A DNA stretch of 64,000 bases. Origin: a virus. Location of the stretch: the IMG/VR virus record IMGVR_UViG_3300021495_000002, positions 1 through 64,000 of that record. The stretch is one strand, 5' to 3'. A program made the position numbers and the translations under genes. How positions within the stretch are numbered: position 1 is the first letter of the stretch; each line of letters starts with the position of its first letter. The notes under the pieces are model-generated. The model saw only the letters and a program-made list of their open reading frames with translations, was not told the origin of the DNA and made no database searches. Below are positions 59,701-64,000 of this stretch, in pieces.

Positions 59701-62166
59701 AGAGCTGAAAGGTTGTGGCAAGACGCTTCCAGAGATTCTCTCACTGAGCTTGAGGCATACAATAAAGTTTTGGACATGGTAGGGATTACAGAGGAGAAGG
59801 AGAGAGAAACCGCTTTAAAGCGAATACAAGAAATTATGTCAAGCGATCGTCCTCTTGAAGAGCGCAATAGATTGCTCGTGGATTATATTGCAGGACTATT
59901 AACCGTTGTAGAAAAGAAAGAAAGATTGGCTTCAGTAGATGCAGAGATAAACAAGCTGAGAACTGAGGGCAATAGACTGTTGTATGAGAATCTTCAAACT
60001 TTAGCTAACACAGGATACATATCTGGAACGGTTGCGGATGATCTCAAACTCCTTGTCAGTGCAGCTCAGGATGTAGCCGAGATATCACAAGAGGACAAAG
60101 TTGCTCTTAAGGACATGATAATGTCCTTTATTTATGTAGGAAAAAGTACAGGAACTCTTGATGAACAGATGCAGACTCTTGGCGAGACGTTAAGAGGTTT
60201 CGGTTTTTCCTTCCAGTATATTCCCGATAACGCGGAGACAGCTATGGATGAAACCAGATTAATTATTAAGGACGCTATGGGTGGAATAGTTTTTGATAGT
60301 TCAAAAGAGTTCCAAACTATAGAAGATTTCATAAATAGACTCCCAGAAAATACTAAAGAAAATTTAGCTAAAGGAGTAGAGAAATGGGGTACGCTCTTCG
60401 AGAAAGCAAAAGTCCTTAACATTGCGTTTAGTGCTCCTATGGAGGATGTGTTCAGAAATCAATTAGTAGAACTTACTGAAATTAAAGGAAACTTAGAAAC
60501 AATTGTACAGAAAGGAATAAAGGTAACTAAAGTAAAGTCAATGCACACTGGCGGTAAAGTAGAATACACAGGATTACACCTTCTACATAAGGGGGAAATA
60601 GTAGTTCCAGAAAAGATAGCTCGACAGTTGGGTACTTCACACTCACCTATAAGAGAAGATGTAATATCTCCCATAATTAAGAATAATGTAGAGTTTGGAG
60701 GATTCATTGTTCCTCTTGAAGATCTTAAGAGGCTTCTTTCCTCTTTGGTGAATCAACCTGAAGTCCATTCAAGCGTCATTAAGGATGTTTCAAATAAGGA
60801 AGTCCTCAAAGACTTTAGGGAAAGGGGAGTAGGACAACAATATATTAAAAAGGTAATGCACGACTCTAACATCATAAGGAAGTCCTCAGTGGTAACATCC
60901 CTCTTACCAATTAACGTATCCACATCTTCTCCTGTACTATCCTTATCTCTCCCGAGAGTGGACGTGAAACCAAGTGATATGTCAGTGCGAATTGACACAA
61001 AAATACCAAGAGATAGGATCATCAAGACCCACCTCATAGATTCGCATGAGACATTCATAAATGGCGTACAACGCAATGTAATTGATAAGTCCGATACAAA
61101 TATCATAGAAAGAACATTTAGCACCATATCTTCATATTTGCGCTCTAATGAAATTTATGAAAATAACCGAGAAATGCTCAGAGAGGTAAGTCACGTCTTC
61201 GATAATAAAGTAGTAAGAGAGAACAACTTTATTGAGAATCTACAAACATTGAAAGAGGCTATTTTTAAGGACAGAGAGGTGATCAATAATAACATTCAGA
61301 ATGTTCGAGATAACAATGTGATTACTCGATATTCTTATATTCAAAAGGAGAGAATTAACAATTTCGTTGAGAAAAATACAACGTCGTTATTAAGAGGAGG
61401 AGAGCTTCCTGCACTCAACAAGGAAGTAGTGAAGGAGGACCATTATAAAGAAAAAATAATCACTCTCCGAGATAACATTCTTAAGAATGTAGAAGCCCTA
61501 AGATACTACAATGAAACTGTGAAACCTCTGACAATTAAAGATCACACACCTCCGATAAGACAATTTGACGTCGAAAAAGAATTAGTTACGTCACAAGTCA
61601 ATAATTTGATTGAGAAGAGTAAAATCTTAACATTGAAAGAGGAGGCATTCTCCTCCAACAGTGAGAAGATAACAAAGGATCGTATTCATGAAAAATTAAA
61701 TGTAATAAAGGATATATACTTTAAGAGTAAAGAATTAATAAAATATAATAATATAATTAATAATATAAAGGAACAAAGCATTGTACCACAAACAGGACTA
61801 TTCCAAGTTGAGAAAGGGGATATTGTGATACCAGAACCAAGGGTAAACAATTTGATTGAAAACTCGCTTAACTTGGAGGCATTGAATTCTTTGTTGACTT
61901 CTCTCAAAAGACTTCAAGGATTCTCTTCCAATACAAATTCAAGTCTTCGAGAAATATTAAAGAAGGGAGTACTTGGTTCACTCCAAACAGGTGGTTCTGT
62001 TGGAGAGACGGGACTTTACCTCTTACACGAGGGAGAGTACGTTGTGCCAAAGTCCGCTCCTTCACAAGTCTTGAATATCCACATAGAACACATAAGCTTG
62101 AGTCCAGAATACACAGCAGAGAAATTCCTTAAAGACTTAGAGTCATATAGGTTCTCTCCATTATAA
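56692..62166 (+). CDS. Tape measure protein (1824 aa)
   Basis: Very long, largely helical ORF after the chaperone. Internal repeated motifs HTGGKVEYTGLHLLHKGEIVVPEK / QTGGSVGETGLYLLHEGEYVVPKS and VNNLIEKS / VNNLIENS. TTG start as in the ORF track. Confidence 0.8.
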   Translation: MVEKIEVVLEGVDRTQQAFATFRKNVESSVSELRKARADVLAYSESVKNAIKWQEMTAKQYVEATSQLREYDKYVRRMTTQIPENQQEQARWVKAIKEGLNPIEKYIANFKEISPLLDKVADKALNYNYTLLESTGYTKKGSKYTETLSNRFRRLARSFSEAQGPLYKWGRVFNHYLPIIFVGVYAFRNLEQKLEQITKAFADFESQLVVVERTTGMAHDTVERLGKIFLTLGEQLPVPLEGLEDIAITAGRLGIRGEANILAFTDAIVKMSNATVLSADSASNALARIANAMGIPIPYVENLGSSIDILANTSAANAEQIATVMRKAAGAAKTMELPASALAAMGATLVESGEEAARAGTRISRALVYASTKTGVMARQMGLSVKELRKRMEEDMLGVLLDYLKMLRDTPSKVERLSMAHEVFGMIGTKAIVKLANNYDTLEKHIKDAQDDMVYNITLEREYAKTLDTTAAKMQMLDNAIERQRIILGEKLAPVYFKMKEIVLSFFKALAGPEPIEYGNIVVSLGENLERLLTPSKSLLAISDKQTSFYEKSLEDMPHLIAYEDAFAKAINATSQYEFIGYTRAKQRYEEIKKNRRTIEESSRSLLSHAKAMMEDAAFTGSSIIQHAYLNKVMQGTIHFVSRYETGIQSLNKAKDLLLDLTLRGLGIQEAWDNALMQEIKNIEKDVKAHHGSAVEFLARADAVKEGAFSQIVFNDAMNKGMRVLAKYSPHMKRAVSLAGSLTKTLIEEGVASTELKNVWEKLGELLEERIELSTELSQVELQWNATTEHKLDLEAELSKIWEDQLDVISKLLEGSDNLAQSYFTLNDALQYLNGQYPTFESLTRGILASVEGAVVPIKALDLGIIKLGDILPSKYFKPLDILLKKHAKVVESFDELNAAELEYGAGSEEVIKARAKTQEAVDDYSKTLTEFAPLLTELNKKEKEWGLTESKRYMQIKDMAVLSKDELDTYKKAIDASSQYYSNLDRMMEIRDEIASLTQLQTRAERLWQDASRDSLTELEAYNKVLDMVGITEEKERETALKRIQEIMSSDRPLEERNRLLVDYIAGLLTVVEKKERLASVDAEINKLRTEGNRLLYENLQTLANTGYISGTVADDLKLLVSAAQDVAEISQEDKVALKDMIMSFIYVGKSTGTLDEQMQTLGETLRGFGFSFQYIPDNAETAMDETRLIIKDAMGGIVFDSSKEFQTIEDFINRLPENTKENLAKGVEKWGTLFEKAKVLNIAFSAPMEDVFRNQLVELTEIKGNLETIVQKGIKVTKVKSMHTGGKVEYTGLHLLHKGEIVVPEKIARQLGTSHSPIREDVISPIIKNNVEFGGFIVPLEDLKRLLSSLVNQPEVHSSVIKDVSNKEVLKDFRERGVGQQYIKKVMHDSNIIRKSSVVTSLLPINVSTSSPVLSLSLPRVDVKPSDMSVRIDTKIPRDRIIKTHLIDSHETFINGVQRNVIDKSDTNIIERTFSTISSYLRSNEIYENNREMLREVSHVFDNKVVRENNFIENLQTLKEAIFKDREVINNNIQNVRDNNVITRYSYIQKERINNFVEKNTTSLLRGGELPALNKEVVKEDHYKEKIITLRDNILKNVEALRYYNETVKPLTIKDHTPPIRQFDVEKELVTSQVNNLIEKSKILTLKEEAFSSNSEKITKDRIHEKLNVIKDIYFKSKELIKYNNIINNIKEQSIVPQTGLFQVEKGDIVIPEPRVNNLIENSLNLEALNSLLTSLKRLQGFSSNTNSSLREILKKGVLGSLQTGGSVGETGLYLLHEGEYVVPKSAPSQVLNIHIEHISLSPEYTAEKFLKDLESYRFSPL

Positions 62167-62167
62167 A

Positions 62168-62518
62168 ATGAGTTGGAAGGTTAAATTTGGGGATTTGGAA
62201 TTGGAATATGTTGAGTCATGGTCTCCAGGCATTGACCCAATGAAGAAAATCTATACGATGTACGATGGCTCAACTGATGTTGCCTCCTTTAATAAGGTGA
62301 GGTGGAGACCTAAGATAGTTGGGATATGTGATGAAACTAAAATTACTCAGATTGCTGAAGCCGCTAAGAAGACTCAAGACACTCTCCAAATAAACACAGA
62401 AGAAGGAATATTTGAATTTGAGAAAGCTTCTATTGTTAACGTGAATTTGGATTATTGGCGTCACGCTGAAGGAAAAAATTATTATCGTGTAACAATAGAA
62501 TTTATAGTCTTAGGATAA
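62168..62518 (+). CDS. Hypothetical distal tail protein
   Basis: 116-aa ORF starting 1 nt after the tape-measure stop. Position only. Confidence 0.45.
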   Translation: MSWKVKFGDLELEYVESWSPGIDPMKKIYTMYDGSTDVASFNKVRWRPKIVGICDETKITQIAEAAKKTQDTLQINTEEGIFEFEKASIVNVNLDYWRHAEGKNYYRVTIEFIVLG

Positions 62519-62530
62519 TGAGGTGATAGA

Positions 62531-62704
62531 ATGGCAACAAATAACCTTCCGAGTAAAATACGAGCAGAAGTGGTTGTACATAGAGCAGATGGAACCACTG
62601 AACGTCACTTACCAATCGCTTTTGATTTGATGGAGGAAGACAGAAAAGCGATAGAAAACCATTTATTGTTAAGAAGAGCTTTAGCTTTAACTCGTATTAT
62701 CTAA
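62531..62704 (+). CDS. Small hypothetical protein (57 aa)
   Basis: Own translation MATNNLPSKIRAEVVVHRADGTTERHLPIAFDLMEEDRKAIENHLLLRRALALTRII. AGGTGA upstream. Confidence 0.4.
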   Translation: MATNNLPSKIRAEVVVHRADGTTERHLPIAFDLMEEDRKAIENHLLLRRALALTRII

Positions 62705-62734
62705 TTATAACAAACTAAGGAGGTCTTTAATGAA

Positions 62735-63112
62735 ATGGCAGTTACGAGTAGTGCGATAACTAATGTTGCTAAAGTTAATTTAGCGTATGCTCTCATAAAC
62801 CAGAATGATTCCTCATTTGACTATCGATGTATGGGAGTGGGTAATGGTAGTCAGCCGGCGAGTAATGGAGATACAGGATTATATGGCAACGAAAGCAAAT
62901 ATGTAACTGTGGACGGTGTCTACGAGGCAGATTACACTGCCAAGTGGAGCCATACTTGGGGTTATGATGATCTACCCTCTCACGAATTCCGAGAAGCGGG
63001 AATTTTCAAAAACGAGTCAGAACTCGAAATGCTTGGAAGGATTGTCTTTGATCCAATTACTCTCAATGAGAGCGATTATATAGAGATAACAATGCGAGTC
63101 AAGTTCCCATAA
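62735..63112 (+). CDS. Hypothetical tail/baseplate protein
   Basis: 125 aa, AAGGAGG upstream. Loose pattern resemblance to the 46404-46913 protein. Confidence 0.5.
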   Translation: MAVTSSAITNVAKVNLAYALINQNDSSFDYRCMGVGNGSQPASNGDTGLYGNESKYVTVDGVYEADYTAKWSHTWGYDDLPSHEFREAGIFKNESELEMLGRIVFDPITLNESDYIEITMRVKFP

Positions 63113-63116
63113 ACGT

Positions 63117-64000
63117 ATGGCTTGGCTTGATCCTTGGGGAATTAGGCAAAAAGTAAAGGTTACGAACAACTCGGGTCGATACCTTTATAACTATCAGATA
63201 CTTATAGAGCTTACCAGCTCCAATTTTGATTTTGAGAATTGTAAATCGGACGGTAGTGACATTAGATTCACCGAGTCTGATGGGGTTACGGAGCTCCCTT
63301 ATTGGATAGAAAAGTGGGACTCAGAAAATAAACACGCTCGTGTATGGGTAAGAGTTTTCGTACTACCACCCTTGGAATCTTTTCTGTTCCTTTACTATGG
63401 CAATCCGGAAGCAGAGAGCGAAAGTAACGGAGATTTAACCTTCAAATTTTTTGATGACTTTGAAAATGATGATTTGAGTAGCTGGATAAAGCGAAATTGG
63501 TACGGAACCGTTAATTATTGGATAGAAGATACGGATTCCCACGGTAAAGTATTACACGTTGGTCAAAGTAGTAAAACAACTGGAATCTTATTTAAGGAAT
63601 TCAAAGTTGAAGGACCCGGTTTTAAACTTGATTATGAATTTTATGATGTAGATTACGGTCACGGGTCATCTCAAGAAGGGCTCGATGCGATAGGTTTGAG
63701 CTTCTTTAGTTCAGTGGAAGGTGACGCGAATGATAGTGACAATTACACTGATCATATTCATACTTATGCTGAAGGATTTTCTAATAAAGTTCAAGATTAT
63801 CAAGCAGATGGAAGCATATATCAAAAATGGAACACTTTCAAGTACAGTCCAAGAGAGGATCATACTTGGACGAACTTAGCCGATTTGTACTCTCCGGGAC
63901 AATGGATATCAAGAAGTGTTGGTGGAGCTAATTCAAACATAAAAAAGGTTAGAATTTTTGTTAGGCACGAAGATGGTTACAAAGTTTATAATGATGCTCG
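63117..64000 (+). CDS. DUF2341-domain tail fibre/baseplate protein, N-terminal part (runs off the right edge)
   Basis: Own translation MAWLDPWGIRQKVKVTNNSG...SDIRFTESDGVTELPYWIEKWDSENKHARVWVRVF...LYYGNPEAES. Same module as in the 42207 fibre. No stop before nt 64000. Confidence 0.75.
   Translation, partial: MAWLDPWGIRQKVKVTNNSGRYLYNYQILIELTSSNFDFENCKSDGSDIRFTESDGVTELPYWIEKWDSENKHARVWVRVFVLPPLESFLFLYYGNPEAESESNGDLTFKFFDDFENDDLSSWIKRNWYGTVNYWIEDTDSHGKVLHVGQSSKTTGILFKEFKVEGPGFKLDYEFYDVDYGHGSSQEGLDAIGLSFFSSVEGDANDSDNYTDHIHTYAEGFSNKVQDYQADGSIYQKWNTFKYSPREDHTWTNLADLYSPGQWISRSVGGANSNIKKVRIFVRHEDGYKVYNDA

Noticed and set aside
1-64000. Integrated provirus boundaries (integrase, att repeats, flanking cellular genes)
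   Set aside because: No tyrosine/serine recombinase motifs, no tRNA target and no obviously cellular housekeeping genes were seen. Both window ends fall inside viral genes (polB and a DUF2341 fibre gene).

Overview
The window reads as one contiguous piece of a large, AT-rich, tailed dsDNA virus. The replication and chromatin genes point to an archaeal host. No integrase, att site, tRNA, rRNA or CRISPR array is visible, so it looks like a virus genome rather than a clear provirus edge.

Organisation is bipartite. Every credible gene from 1 to 26764 is on the minus strand, and every credible gene from 27614 to 64000 is on the plus strand. The two arms diverge from a noncoding hub at about 26.8-27.6 kb. 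A second repeat-dense, AT-rich noncoding block lies at about 28.9-29.8 kb.

Left (early) arm:
- Replication and repair genes: family B DNA polymerase (truncated at nt 1), two DNA methyltransferases, an AEP primase-like protein, a DUF47/PhoU-like protein, an ERCC4/XPF-Hef nuclease, a RecA/RadA-like ATPase and a DHH (RecJ/GAN-like) phosphoesterase.
- A 5-kb tandem array of diverged paralogous genes with an AbiEi-like gene embedded in it.
- A metallopeptidase-VWA + MoxR AAA+ pair.
- A class-II GATase-like Ntn hydrolase + amidoligase pair.
- Many small ORFs.

Right (late) arm:
- Glycosyltransferases, large terminase, portal, a prohead-protease-like gene and a first HK97-like capsid paralog.
- A secreted protein and a papain-like peptidase.
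- An ATP-dependent DNA ligase, followed by an intein-interrupted LigD-phosphoesterase-like gene.
- A 1387-aa DUF2341/BNR-sialidase fibre.
- A GT2 / radical-SAM / GT2 cluster.
- A second head module: prohead protease, Alba, scaffold, decoration protein and a second capsid paralog.
- Connectors, tail tube, chaperone, an 1824-aa tape measure and distal tail genes.

Strongest candidates for something undescribed:
1. The ten-member paralog array downstream of MoxR-VWA.
2. The duplicated capsid/protease modules.
3. The amidoligase/Ntn cassette.
4. The intein-split phosphoesterase next to the ligase.

All functional calls rest on motifs read by eye from the translations. No database search was run.
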